Notes: generated by a model not told the origin, from the letters alone. Positions 1-9,544 are shown, counted from the stretch's first letter. The stretch is 63,753 bases of DNA from an uncultured Bacilli bacterium (GCA_947629255.1 CANRDF010000003.1:1-63753), one strand, 5' to 3'. Translations and numbers: made by a program.

Positions 1-54
1 AAATATTTTATGTTTCAATTTAATCACCTTACAAATACATGATAGCACAAAAGA

Positions 55-807
55 CTAGCATTTGTCAAAAATCTCTTGTATATTTTTGTTGGTAATTTTT
101 GAGAGTTCTTCTAAAGTTTTTCCACTCATTTCACTCACAAACATCGCAATATCAAACACGTATTTTGGTTCGTTTTTAGTTCCCCTAAAAGGATGTGGAG
201 TTAAATAAGGGCTATCCGTTTCAAACACAATAGAATCTATGACTTCAAGTACAGTTTCTTTCAAATGACTATTTTTAAAAGTCACAACTCCATTAATTCC
301 AAGTTTATACCCCATTTTAATATATATTCTCGCCGTTTCTACACTTCCTGAAAAAGAATGAATGACACCTTTGACATTAGGATATTTCTTTAGCATTGTA
401 ATGGTATCTTCTGTTGCTTCCCGAGAATGAATAACCACAGGTAAATGATACTTTTGAGCAAGTTCCAATTGTCTTTCAAACAATTTTTTCTGTTCTTCTT
501 TCTTTTCTTTTGTATAATGATAATCTAAACCAATTTCTCCAATTGCAATGACTTTCTGATCTAATAAATGAATTTCCAAAAACTCTAAATCTTCTTCTTG
601 ATAGGTATCCACTTCTTCCGGATGAAGTCCAATACACCCATAAGCATTAGAATATCTATTGATAACACTCAAAACTTCTTCATTAGATTTCTGATTACAC
701 CCAGCAACAAAAAAGCGAGCTACTCCAACATTCTTAGCTCTTTGAATCAAAGATGAAATATCCTCGTAATACTCTCCGTATAAATGACAATGCGTATCTG
801 TAAACAT
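55..807 (-). CDS. tatD: TatD-family metal-dependent hydrolase/DNase (YabD-like)
   Basis: ORF 55..837 carries the motifs FTDTHCHL, HSREA, HSFSG and ETDSPYL. I trimmed the start to Met11 (MFTDTHCH) at 807. Confidence 0.9.
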   Translation of the reverse strand: MFTDTHCHLYGEYYEDISSLIQRAKNVGVARFFVAGCNQKSNEEVLSVINRYSNAYGCIGLHPEEVDTYQEEDLEFLEIHLLDQKVIAIGEIGLDYHYTKEKKEEQKKLFERQLELAQKYHLPVVIHSREATEDTITMLKKYPNVKGVIHSFSGSVETARIYIKMGYKLGINGVVTFKNSHLKETVLEVIDSIVFETDSPYLTPHPFRGTKNEPKYVFDIAMFVSEMSGKTLEELSKITNKNIQEIFDKC

Positions 808-808
808 A

Positions 809-1111
809 TTAAATATCCAATGCCTCAATACGATCATCTTTAATCATAGATGCATTAAAATCACTTAATTTTTTCATAAATTCCTTCTGTTCATCGTCAC
901 TATATCCTTCAAAAAAAACTTTTTCAATTTGATCTCTATTAAAAAGCAAAACCTGTTCACTATCTAAGAATCCCTCAGGATAAAGACATCCACTATAATC
1001 ATACATTTCTTTTTGATTATCATTATTAACTGCTAAATATCCCGTAACCATAACCTTTTTAGTCCCACCTTTTAAAAGTATTACACTTCCAATTGATAAT
1101 ATCTTATCCAT
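809..1111 (-). CDS. DUF4176-family protein (common accessory gene of T7SSb toxin loci)
   Basis: ORF 809..1141. 'MDKILSIGSVILLKGG..MVTG..YDYSGCLYPEG..F..IEKVFFEGYSD' follows the DUF4176 pattern. An AGGAGG RBS sits ahead of Met11 at 1111. Confidence 0.8.
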   Translation of the reverse strand: MDKILSIGSVILLKGGTKKVMVTGYLAVNNDNQKEMYDYSGCLYPEGFLDSEQVLLFNRDQIEKVFFEGYSDDEQKEFMKKLSDFNASMIKDDRIEALDI

Positions 1112-1171
1112 AAATCCTCCTTTTATCCATTTAATTGTCATTGATTTATCAAAAATTTTAAATCTGTTAAA

Positions 1172-1393
1172 TCATTTCAATCTTCCTTGATTTTCTTTAT
1201 AGGATTGAATGATTTGTGAGACTTCATCTTCGCTAATTTCTGAATAGAGTACATTCGCATCCACTAAGATACTCATAAAATATTGTTCATGAATCCATTC
1301 TCCATCTTTACTCAAATAATACATAAATGTATCATCTTCTAATTTTAAAATTCCACCTTGATTTAATTTAAAATAACGTGTCTTTTTATTCAT
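1172..1393 (-). CDS. small hypothetical protein (73 aa) in the toxin/immunity operon
   Basis: It has a GAGGAAAC RBS and starts 13 nt after the stop of the ARH gene. I recognise no family. Confidence 0.5.
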   Translation of the reverse strand: MNKKTRYFKLNQGGILKLEDDTFMYYLSKDGEWIHEQYFMSILVDANVLYSEISEDEVSQIIQSYKENQGRLK

Positions 1394-1405
1394 AGTTTCC
1401 TCTTT

Positions 1406-2542
1406 TCATAACTTTCTTTTCTCTTCTTTTTTAAAAGATTTTAAGAATTGATTTGTGAGTTCTTTAATATACTCTACTTTTTTTAATTTACGAATCCATT
1501 TATCAGGAATATTTTTCATTCCATAAATAATTCCATTCATCGACCCTGTAATAGCTCCGATAGTATCTGTATCACTTCCTAAATTAATTGATTTTAAAAC
1601 GGCTTCTTCATAACTTTGACTTTGAAGTGTACTCCAAAGAGCAGCCTCCAAAGAAGAAACAACATATCCATTCGACTGAATCTCATCTTTAGATAGAGAT
1701 ATGAAATCTGATTTTAAAATTCGATTAAAATTTCTGACTGTTTCCATAGAATAATATTTCTCATAAGGAATTTTCTTAAGATTTTGATACGCTTCAAGTG
1801 GATACTGGCCATCAAGCAAAAATTTCACATAATCGCAATAAATTTTACAAGCCAAACAACTAATTTCATGTCCATGAGTCAAAGAAGAGAATTGATTTAC
1901 AAGATTCACTTCTTCTTGAAAAGAAAAATCTTGTTTTTTTAAATAATAAGCAACAGGGAACATTCTCATTAAAGAACCATTCCCATTATCTTTAATTTTT
2001 CTTCCCCCACAAGCGGTAGCAGGAAGATGTTTTTCAAAATTTTGAAGTGCTAAACAAGTCGTGATACCAATATCAAATACTTCATCAGTAGCCGTATACT
2101 TTCCTTTACGATACCAATCATCAAATCTTTGCATCATATCTTCAAAAGAAATGGAAGGTTCGGTCAAAATGGAATCCATCGTTGCAAGCACCAAAGAAGT
2201 ATCATCACTCCAAGTTCCTTCCGGCACCAAATGAGTCCCAAAGGACAGCATATCTTGAACAGGATGTGCTTCTAAAGTATTTCGAGCTTGAAACTCAACT
2301 GGAACTCCCAACGCATCTCCAATAGCAAATCCAATCATACCTGCTTGATATTTGTTTTCCATATCTTCTTCTATAGAAGAATGATCTTTTGTAATAGGAG
2401 GAAGTCCCATTTGTTTTAAAAGTTCATTTCTTTTTTGAATTAATTTTTGTACATCCATTTTAATTTCTTCTTCTGTTTTATCACTCGTATGAATGGTAAA
2501 CTGAACATCTGGAATTTTACTCTCTCGACTCATCTTAATCAC
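1406..2542 (-). CDS. ADP-ribosylglycohydrolase (ARH/DraG-like), candidate immunity protein for the upstream ART toxin
   Basis: Motifs 'GFAIGDALGVPVEF', 'WSDDTSL' and 'GSDTDTIGAITG' are typical of the ADP-ribosylglycohydrolase family. The gene begins about 10-20 nt after the toxin stop (GTG at 2542 or ATG at 2533). Confidence 0.85.
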   Translation of the reverse strand: MIKMSRESKIPDVQFTIHTSDKTEEEIKMDVQKLIQKRNELLKQMGLPPITKDHSSIEEDMENKYQAGMIGFAIGDALGVPVEFQARNTLEAHPVQDMLSFGTHLVPEGTWSDDTSLVLATMDSILTEPSISFEDMMQRFDDWYRKGKYTATDEVFDIGITTCLALQNFEKHLPATACGGRKIKDNGNGSLMRMFPVAYYLKKQDFSFQEEVNLVNQFSSLTHGHEISCLACKIYCDYVKFLLDGQYPLEAYQNLKKIPYEKYYSMETVRNFNRILKSDFISLSKDEIQSNGYVVSSLEAALWSTLQSQSYEEAVLKSINLGSDTDTIGAITGSMNGIIYGMKNIPDKWIRKLKKVEYIKELTNQFLKSFKKEEKRKL

Positions 2543-2552
2543 TTCCTTTCAT

Positions 2553-5500
2553 TTATTCTATTATACACTGAATAATAATTTTTCTCAAACCATTTACATC
2601 TTCTGTAGGAGGAAAAACTTTTACCATTTTAAGAGTAGTATTTTTCGCCAATAAAAATTCATTTTCTGAATTATAAAATTCTGATAATTGATTAATATAA
2701 GCTCCCTGTGTTCCTTTATCCGCAATAATATCTAACACAATTGGATAACCTATATCTTTAGCAAAAGAAGTAGAATAACATGGAGATGTACTCATATATC
2801 CTAAATCTCCAAAAGTACAACCTTCTAACACAGAAAGTGTAGCATAAACTTGATTTAAATCGTTTGTATCCACACCCTCAAAAAGTTCAGCATAAGCGGA
2901 ATTCTGTTTAAGAAAAGACCCTACTGTAACACCTCTAAAAAGTTCAGTTGCAACTTCAAGTCCACCATATTTTTGAATTGCACTATCAATCGCATCAACT
3001 GTCTTTTGATTTGCAGAATTTAAATATTTTATACGTAAGGCTTGATTAATTGTATTAAATCCTCCACCTGTATAATATGCTAAAGCTTGAATCTCATCTT
3101 TATTCAACTGTTTAAGAAATTTTCCTTCAATAGTAGATAAAAAATCAATATATTTTTCCTTATCTATACTACTTCTCAAATTTTTATAAACTTCATTACT
3201 AGTCTTCCCTTTTTTAAATAATTCACAAACCACATTTCCAGCATCACCATAATACTTACCCATTTCATTACGTCCTTCAAAACTTTTTAAAGAAAAACGT
3301 TTATATTCTTGTGGGATTTCTTTATTTGATTTAGATTTATATTGCATAATTTTTGCAAAATTAAAATTATTTTTTTCTATGATTCGATCAAGAATATTTT
3401 TTAAGTTTACTTTAGGATCTGAAGAATCCTGACTAGCATTCATCGCGTCTAAAACATAATTTGGAAAATCAAAATATTTTAAAGAGCCCAAATAACCTTC
3501 TAATTCATTTATTGCATAACTTAAAAATTCAAAACCATCATCTTTAATATCACCTTTTTTTATAACTTGTTCTATTAAATACTTTTTCCAAGGTTGATCT
3601 CCATTTTTTTCATAAAACTGAATAACTTCGCACATTTCATGAAGAGTTTTATATTTACTTAAAAATTGATCATCCATTGGAGCATCTTGTGTTTTAAACC
3701 GTTGATAAATTTTTAAATCTTCCATAGATGTATTATAAAGTAAAGCATATTTTTCATTAGGCTTCATATTTTCTTTAATCAGTGGAATGGTATCATCAAT
3801 TAATTGAGAATTATTTGATGTCAAAAATTGTTTCAAAGCCGCTTGTAAATTTTGATGACTTTGATTTAATTGAGCATAAAAGGAAATAGAATCACCTTCT
3901 GCGATTTGAACTTTCAAAGGAAGCTCATCCAAAGAATATGTTCCATTCTTTTTTATTTGATCCAAAATACCTGTACTAACGTTTTCATTTTTTAAATTTT
4001 CAGAAATGGTCAAATAAAGATTATCTAATTCTTTTTGAATTTTTGGTAATCTTAAATTTTGAATTAATTGTTCAATTTGAGGTAACCTTGAAGCATTAGA
4101 AGCAATGTTCTCTACAGAAAGGTATGGAGTAATTTGATCTATTTGAATTTGATTTAATATTTGAACAAAAGCGTTCGGATCTTCCACTTGATCATATATT
4201 TGATAAATAGAATTCAAATCATTCTGACTTACACTCTCTAAATTAGAATAATTATATAACTCATAACGTCCTCCCAACTTCTGCATCATTTCATTAGAAA
4301 AGAAATAATCTGCCGAACCACCAGAAGATCTATGAAGCAAATCTAATGCTAATTCAGAATTTGCCTGATAAACCGTCACAAAATTTTGTATCACATCATT
4401 ACTACTACCACCAAAATAATGCATTCCTACTTTTGAAAGAATTTCATAATTTTGAGGAGAAAACAATTCAGTAGCAAAATTTTCTTCTAAAGAAATATCG
4501 GTTGTATTAAATAGATAGTTTTTAAAATTATTAAGATATCCATCAGGAAGTTCCTGAAATAAATTCGAAGCAGAAGAAACCAATTTTATTTTTTTCTCCA
4601 TACGATCAACAGAATCCATAGAACTTGGAACTTTGACTTTCGATTGATTTTTTGCCATTGCACTAGATGCCTCAATAATTTCTTTAGCAGTAGATTTATT
4701 ATTTTGATAAATTTCATAATATGGATGATTTTCTTCTTTTGTTTCAAAGGAAGCCCTTGTATGAAATTGTAATTCAAATTCAACCCCTTCAGGAGTAACA
4801 ATTTGAGTATTAATTCCTTGATAAGTTGTTTGACCCCAAGAATTTTTAAAATACGGAACACTACATCCTTGTTTCATCAAAGAAGTAAGAATACGATTGA
4901 CTTCACTAGCATATTGATTATCATCAATTTGAAAAGTATATCTTAAAGCATCATTCATAGTCTTTCCTACTTCAGTATAACTACAGTCTGTTGCATTTGC
5001 ATATTTCTGTATTTTCTGTATAAGTCTATCAATAGATTTAAATTTATGCTCTAATCCAACTAATTGAGTATCTGAAGATTCAAAAGTTTGAAGTAATTTA
5101 GTAATAGGAGGTTCTTTTAAAACTGCATCTTCATGCACATCCCATGCTGCTTGTGCTAATTCTTGTCCATATATTTTCTTAAACTGTTGAAGCTCTCGCT
5201 CACGAATATTAGAGAATTGATCATTAGAAACATCTTCTTCGAAAGACGCATTTTCTAGAATAGAATGTACTTCAGAAATATTCGCATGTGCTTCTTCTAC
5301 ATTTGCATTAGAAAAAACTTGAAGCAATTTTTGTAATCGTTTCTTAGAATATGACCAATCAGAAGCTAAACCAATAATCACAGATTCAGCTTTTCGTAAA
5401 GCAGAAGAAATTTTATTAGAAGAAGCATTTGTTTTATAATTTTCATACTCTCCCTTACTGATTTCTTTATAAACCAATTGGCCATTTTCTTCTGTAAGTC

Positions 5501-8495
5501 CGAAATAAACAACAGAATAGTTTCCTTCATCTAATATATAATTTCCATCATAAGAGACAGCTTCATCCACTAAATCTCTATAACGAAACTGACTAAGTTC
5601 TTCAGGTGAAACATTTATTTTAATTGCTATTTGTTTTTCCGATAAGTTTCCTGTATTCATAGCCAAATCAGAAATATTAGGAATACCTGCAAAGAAAAAA
5701 CTTTTTTTATTTCCATAAGAGCTTACATAATCCGAAGCTTTTATGTATCCAGATTCTTGAATTTTCTGTATATTACTTTCATTTGTAAAATGATACAATC
5801 CTTCTTTTAATATTTTTTGAGAAAAACTAGAAGAATTGGTAACTGGAACATATCGAAAAAAGAAGGGAGCACTTGTAAAAGAAGTCAATGTACTAGCAAC
5901 AGCTTTAGGTAAGGAAGATAAAGCATTTTTACCAAGCATCATTTTAACATTAGAGTTTTCCGTAATCGTCTGTTCCATGGAAGAAAGGTTATTCACACCA
6001 GCAAAAGCAGGTTCTAATTCTTGAACAGGTCCAAAATTTAAATAAGAAATATTATCTTTGATTTGATCAATTTTAGCATTCAATGAACTTTTAGAATTTT
6101 TAAGTAGATTCCCCAATAAAGTACTAACACCTGAAGAAGTAACATTTTTACCATTTGCATTTACAAGACTAAGCGTAACTTCTTTTAAAGGTTTACTATA
6201 TTCTTGCATAATTTCGTTAAAATTCATGGAAGCTGTTTCAGGCAATAATTCATGAAAACTATTTTCTATCTCAGTCGTTGTTACATTCCCAGCTCTCACC
6301 TGTTCTTCAATTGTCCGAATACTACTACTATTAATAGCCAAACTAGGTATATTCATGATTCCACCAGTAATCCCACCATAAATTCCAGATTGTAAAGCAT
6401 CTTTAGTAGTACTTACAAAATCAAAATCTTTTTTTAAAATGAGACTACTGGCCCCTGCATCTACATAACTTTGAATAAATTCTTCTTGAAATTCTTTTCC
6501 CATTGCTTGAGCCATAGTCTTCAAATTTACAACTTTTGTTTCACTTATAAGAGGCATTGCTCCTAATGCTTTTTCTAACAGAACTTCACTCGCACCACTT
6601 AAAGCACCATATGCCATGGATTCTCCTCTACTATAACCTTCTGTCATCGCACTATGATAAGAACCTCCAGCAGCACTTGTACCAAGGAACATCGTACCAG
6701 CAAAAGGATTGATTGCACTAAGTCCAATACTTGGAAGCATGTTTCCTATAGATTCGCTAATTTGATAATTATGTTCTGTAAATTTACCATAATCTTTTGT
6801 ATAATCAATAATATCTGATGTACTGATTTCTTCTCCTAACGAATTTCTCGTAACAAGTCCTTGATCAAATTTTGTTTTATCACTAGATAAAGCTTGAACA
6901 ATATACATGTTTTCATATTCTTGAGTACTTATTTCTCTGTTTTCTTTAAAAAAACCTTCTATCATATACCCCAAATTATTAAAAACACCTGTAATTCCTT
7001 CTCCAAGTCCCTTTCCCGTAATCTTTAAATGATTAGTAACTGCAGAAGCTCTATTTGCTTCATCTAAAGAAGTCAAAGTATTTAAAAATTCATTTGCTTG
7101 AACTTCTCCACAAAATTGATGAATTTCATTTTTATAATCTTCTAAATATTGAGTAGCAGCTTGAGCTCCAAAATTTTGATAAGCAAAAGAATAATATTTT
7201 CCCATATCTTTTAAACTATCCACACTTTGAATCTTAGCTAATTCTTTTAATAATTCACCGTTTGTAACTCCTTCTATTGTTACATCATCACCATATATTT
7301 CAATTGCCTTTTTTGTAAAAGTTAGTGGATCCACATCTTTATGCATTTCTGCATACTTAGAATAGTTAGCTACTGTATAAGACTGCACGATATTCTGGTC
7401 ATTTTGTACCACAGTAGAAACAGAGGAAACATCATCTTTAGATATATCTTTGATTTTAAAATTTTGATACTCTTTTGTTTTACTCATAACTGTATATTGA
7501 ATTCCCTTAGCTGCAGACTCTATTTGCTGTTTTTCATTACTAACTTCATATAATCTCTTTTGAGCATCTGTTATCTTTTCTATAAATGTATCAAAATTTC
7601 CATACTCTGTATCTTCAAACATGGAATCATATCTTTTATAAACATTATCTATGGAAGAATCTTTCTCTAATAATATTTGACTAATTTCATCCACAGATTT
7701 ATTCTTAAATTCTTCTCTACTCATTCCTAACCATTCAAAATAATCGTCACTTAAAGCATCAACTTCATCTTTAGACTGCATAGCAAGCCCTCTTGCCTCA
7801 CGAGCTGCACTTTCTTTCATTTCATTGATTTTGTCTAAATCAAAATCCACTCCTGTCATTTTAGAAAAAAATTGATTTAATTCATCATATTCTTTGGAAC
7901 AGGCCTCATATTTTTCATTTACTGTTTTTATATCTTTATTATACATATTTGTTAAACTACTACTTATTTTATAAACTTCTGTTGCATTTAATTCTTCTCC
8001 ATTAAAATACTTATTTAATAATACATTTTTTTGTTCCTGTTTCATCATTATTTGAGAAGCTATCATCGTTTGTAAAGTAAAACTAGAATTTCCAAAAGTA
8101 TTAGAAGAAGATACTCCAAAACGAGAATTATAAGAAATAATAGATAATTTTCCTGATAATGCCATTTTTGTAAAAGTTAATGTAGAAAATTTCCCAGTAG
8201 TATAAGTAGATAAAGAAGAATTCAAAAAGCTATAATGGTTTTGTGATAATACTTTTTCAACTGCATGAATATCATTTAAATAATCCTTCCACCATTTTTC
8301 AATTTTAGTATAAGAAGTTAAAATATTTTGAAATTGCTCATTTAATCTACTTCTCATTAAAGAAACATAAACATTAGAAGAACTTCCAATATAAGATGAA
8401 TCAAAACCATACTTTTTAATATTTTTTAAATTTTCAGAAGCACTTACAAAGTTATTATAATTATTTTCAAATGTTTTTAAATTTATTAACTTCAT
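2553..8495 (-). CDS. 1980-aa multidomain polymorphic toxin, putative T7SS substrate, with a C-terminal ADP-ribosyltransferase domain
   Basis: Single uninterrupted ORF directly downstream of essC, a yukD-like gene and WXG-like genes. It has a helical N-terminal region, Gly/Ala-rich hydrophobic segments (aa ~585-720), an RSH-like segment (aa ~1140-1265) and a C-terminal R-S-E ART signature. Confidence 0.85.
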   Translation of the reverse strand: MKLINLKTFENNYNNFVSASENLKNIKKYGFDSSYIGSSSNVYVSLMRSRLNEQFQNILTSYTKIEKWWKDYLNDIHAVEKVLSQNHYSFLNSSLSTYTTGKFSTLTFTKMALSGKLSIISYNSRFGVSSSNTFGNSSFTLQTMIASQIMMKQEQKNVLLNKYFNGEELNATEVYKISSSLTNMYNKDIKTVNEKYEACSKEYDELNQFFSKMTGVDFDLDKINEMKESAAREARGLAMQSKDEVDALSDDYFEWLGMSREEFKNKSVDEISQILLEKDSSIDNVYKRYDSMFEDTEYGNFDTFIEKITDAQKRLYEVSNEKQQIESAAKGIQYTVMSKTKEYQNFKIKDISKDDVSSVSTVVQNDQNIVQSYTVANYSKYAEMHKDVDPLTFTKKAIEIYGDDVTIEGVTNGELLKELAKIQSVDSLKDMGKYYSFAYQNFGAQAATQYLEDYKNEIHQFCGEVQANEFLNTLTSLDEANRASAVTNHLKITGKGLGEGITGVFNNLGYMIEGFFKENREISTQEYENMYIVQALSSDKTKFDQGLVTRNSLGEEISTSDIIDYTKDYGKFTEHNYQISESIGNMLPSIGLSAINPFAGTMFLGTSAAGGSYHSAMTEGYSRGESMAYGALSGASEVLLEKALGAMPLISETKVVNLKTMAQAMGKEFQEEFIQSYVDAGASSLILKKDFDFVSTTKDALQSGIYGGITGGIMNIPSLAINSSSIRTIEEQVRAGNVTTTEIENSFHELLPETASMNFNEIMQEYSKPLKEVTLSLVNANGKNVTSSGVSTLLGNLLKNSKSSLNAKIDQIKDNISYLNFGPVQELEPAFAGVNNLSSMEQTITENSNVKMMLGKNALSSLPKAVASTLTSFTSAPFFFRYVPVTNSSSFSQKILKEGLYHFTNESNIQKIQESGYIKASDYVSSYGNKKSFFFAGIPNISDLAMNTGNLSEKQIAIKINVSPEELSQFRYRDLVDEAVSYDGNYILDEGNYSVVYFGLTEENGQLVYKEISKGEYENYKTNASSNKISSALRKAESVIIGLASDWSYSKKRLQKLLQVFSNANVEEAHANISEVHSILENASFEEDVSNDQFSNIRERELQQFKKIYGQELAQAAWDVHEDAVLKEPPITKLLQTFESSDTQLVGLEHKFKSIDRLIQKIQKYANATDCSYTEVGKTMNDALRYTFQIDDNQYASEVNRILTSLMKQGCSVPYFKNSWGQTTYQGINTQIVTPEGVEFELQFHTRASFETKEENHPYYEIYQNNKSTAKEIIEASSAMAKNQSKVKVPSSMDSVDRMEKKIKLVSSASNLFQELPDGYLNNFKNYLFNTTDISLEENFATELFSPQNYEILSKVGMHYFGGSSNDVIQNFVTVYQANSELALDLLHRSSGGSADYFFSNEMMQKLGGRYELYNYSNLESVSQNDLNSIYQIYDQVEDPNAFVQILNQIQIDQITPYLSVENIASNASRLPQIEQLIQNLRLPKIQKELDNLYLTISENLKNENVSTGILDQIKKNGTYSLDELPLKVQIAEGDSISFYAQLNQSHQNLQAALKQFLTSNNSQLIDDTIPLIKENMKPNEKYALLYNTSMEDLKIYQRFKTQDAPMDDQFLSKYKTLHEMCEVIQFYEKNGDQPWKKYLIEQVIKKGDIKDDGFEFLSYAINELEGYLGSLKYFDFPNYVLDAMNASQDSSDPKVNLKNILDRIIEKNNFNFAKIMQYKSKSNKEIPQEYKRFSLKSFEGRNEMGKYYGDAGNVVCELFKKGKTSNEVYKNLRSSIDKEKYIDFLSTIEGKFLKQLNKDEIQALAYYTGGGFNTINQALRIKYLNSANQKTVDAIDSAIQKYGGLEVATELFRGVTVGSFLKQNSAYAELFEGVDTNDLNQVYATLSVLEGCTFGDLGYMSTSPCYSTSFAKDIGYPIVLDIIADKGTQGAYINQLSEFYNSENEFLLAKNTTLKMVKVFPPTEDVNGLRKIIIQCIIE
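2556..3113 (-). other. C-terminal ADP-ribosyltransferase toxin domain (C3/VIP2-like R-S-E type), aa ~1795-1980
   Basis: 'YYTGGGFNTINQALR', then 'ELFRGV' (Arg1854), 'GYMSTSP' (S-T-S at 1902-1904) and 'NSENEFLL' (E-x-E at 1944-1946). Confidence 0.8.
4701..5078 (-). other. possible RelA/SpoT-homologue (RSH / toxSAS-like) nucleotide pyrophosphokinase segment, aa ~1140-1265
   Basis: The order 'EHKFKSIDRLIQKIQK' .. 'NDALRYTFQI' .. 'YQGINTQI' .. 'VEFELQFHT' .. 'HPYYEIY' mimics the RSH synthetase motifs (R/KxKxxxSxxxK, DxxGxR, YxxxH, ExQxRT, HxxYK). This is pattern recognition only. Confidence 0.4.
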
Positions 8496-8512
8496 AACAG
8501 CTTCCTCCTTCT

Positions 8513-8905
8513 TTAAATACTTTCATCAATGCTTATTTTTAACTCTTTTCTTTCTTTTTCATATGCTGTAATAGACCTTTGCAATGAACTAATAAAAGAA
8601 TAATCAGGCTCTTCTTTACTATTCTCATTAGAAATAGATCGTTCTAATTTAGTAATTTTATTTCCTAAATCTTGATAACGACCAATTTTATCAGCAATAA
8701 AATTATAATTCTGTATTAATTCTTCTAAATCTTTATATTTTGAAAGAAGGATATGAATAGCAGATATTAAATTTTCTTTTGCATTTGTTTCCAAAATTGT
8801 TGAATTATTAAGATCTTTTAATATATCTTCTTCTTTCGTAGTAGAAAGAGATTCACTAAGAGTTTTTAAACATGCTTTTAATGTTAATACATCAACGTCA
8901 TCCAT
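8513..8905 (-). CDS. small helical protein upstream of the toxin (candidate chaperone/targeting partner)
   Basis: ORF 8513..8950 trimmed to Met16 (MDDVDVL), which has a GAAGGTGG RBS. The sequence looks all-helical. Its start overlaps the stop of the upstream gene by 8 nt, indicating operon coupling. Confidence 0.55.
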   Translation of the reverse strand: MDDVDVLTLKACLKTLSESLSTTKEEDILKDLNNSTILETNAKENLISAIHILLSKYKDLEELIQNYNFIADKIGRYQDLGNKITKLERSISNENSKEEPDYSFISSLQRSITAYEKERKELKISIDESI

Positions 8906-9200
8906 GAAAACCACCTTCAAATAAACTAGCCATTTTTTTCTCAGCAGCATTATGATTATCTATAACTCCTGACACATAGGAACATAACTCAGTCATTGCC
9001 ATTTGCAAATCAGGAATATTTTTTAACAAAGAAGAATACCTTTGTTTTACGTAAGAAGCACCTGCTCCCTCCCAATAAATATTTTCATTCAATTTTTTTT
9101 CGCAACTTTCTAAAACCGTTATAATTGCTTCCACCCTAGTTTTTAATTTTTTATACTCTAACAAAGCATTTTCAACATTTTCATATTGAAATAAGTCCAT
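8898..9200 (-). CDS. WXG100-like small helical protein (100 aa)
   Basis: It is 100 aa long with a central 'YWEGAGASY' W-x-G hairpin motif and lies in a T7SS context. Confidence 0.65.
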   Translation of the reverse strand: MDLFQYENVENALLEYKKLKTRVEAIITVLESCEKKLNENIYWEGAGASYVKQRYSSLLKNIPDLQMAMTELCSYVSGVIDNHNAAEKKMASLFEGGFHG

Positions 9201-9209
9201 TTAAGTCAC

Positions 9210-9512
9210 CTACAATTCTATTTTTTGAGATTGATATTCTGAATCAAGCTTATTATATAAAGAAACAGCATTCTGAATATAATCTGCAATTTCTTGTAGC
9301 TCTGAAGCCATAAGTTCAATACTATGAACATAAGAATCGTTTTCTACTAAAAGAGTAGAAACAAAATGAGTATAGCTTTCTCCTTGCCAAGAAGAGGCTA
9401 AAGACCGTGTAATATTAGAAAGACTTTTACAAACATCTTTCATATTATCTGATTGTTTGGAAATCATTGCACTTAACTCTAAAAGTTTTTCCTCATCTAC
9501 TTTGATATTCAT
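9210..9512 (-). CDS. WXG100-like small helical protein (100 aa)
   Basis: It is 100 aa long with a central 'SWQGESY' W-x-G motif and lies in a T7SS context. Confidence 0.7.
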   Translation of the reverse strand: MNIKVDEEKLLELSAMISKQSDNMKDVCKSLSNITRSLASSWQGESYTHFVSTLLVENDSYVHSIELMASELQEIADYIQNAVSLYNKLDSEYQSQKIEL

Positions 9513-9544
9513 ATTCGACTCTCCTATTTAAAGATATCACTAAG

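Noticed and set aside
4586-4861. Many short ORFs nested in or antisense to large genes. Examples are 4586..4861, 5836..6024, 7341..7553, 15207..15489, 17867..18481, 19695..21991, 30204..30521, 36930..37244, 45292..45966, 61285..61671 and 61900..62274.
   Set aside because: These are shadow ORFs, as expected in AT-rich DNA where few stop codons occur on the antisense of coding frames. They have repetitive, low-complexity composition (F, I, L, S, K) and no RBS, and each lies entirely within a well-supported gene.
2553-8495. Calling the giant toxin an LXG-domain protein.
   Set aside because: I could not recognise the LXG N-terminal pattern with confidence. Only an 'ALSGK' tripeptide is present, and that is not diagnostic. 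T7SS association is therefore inferred from gene context only.
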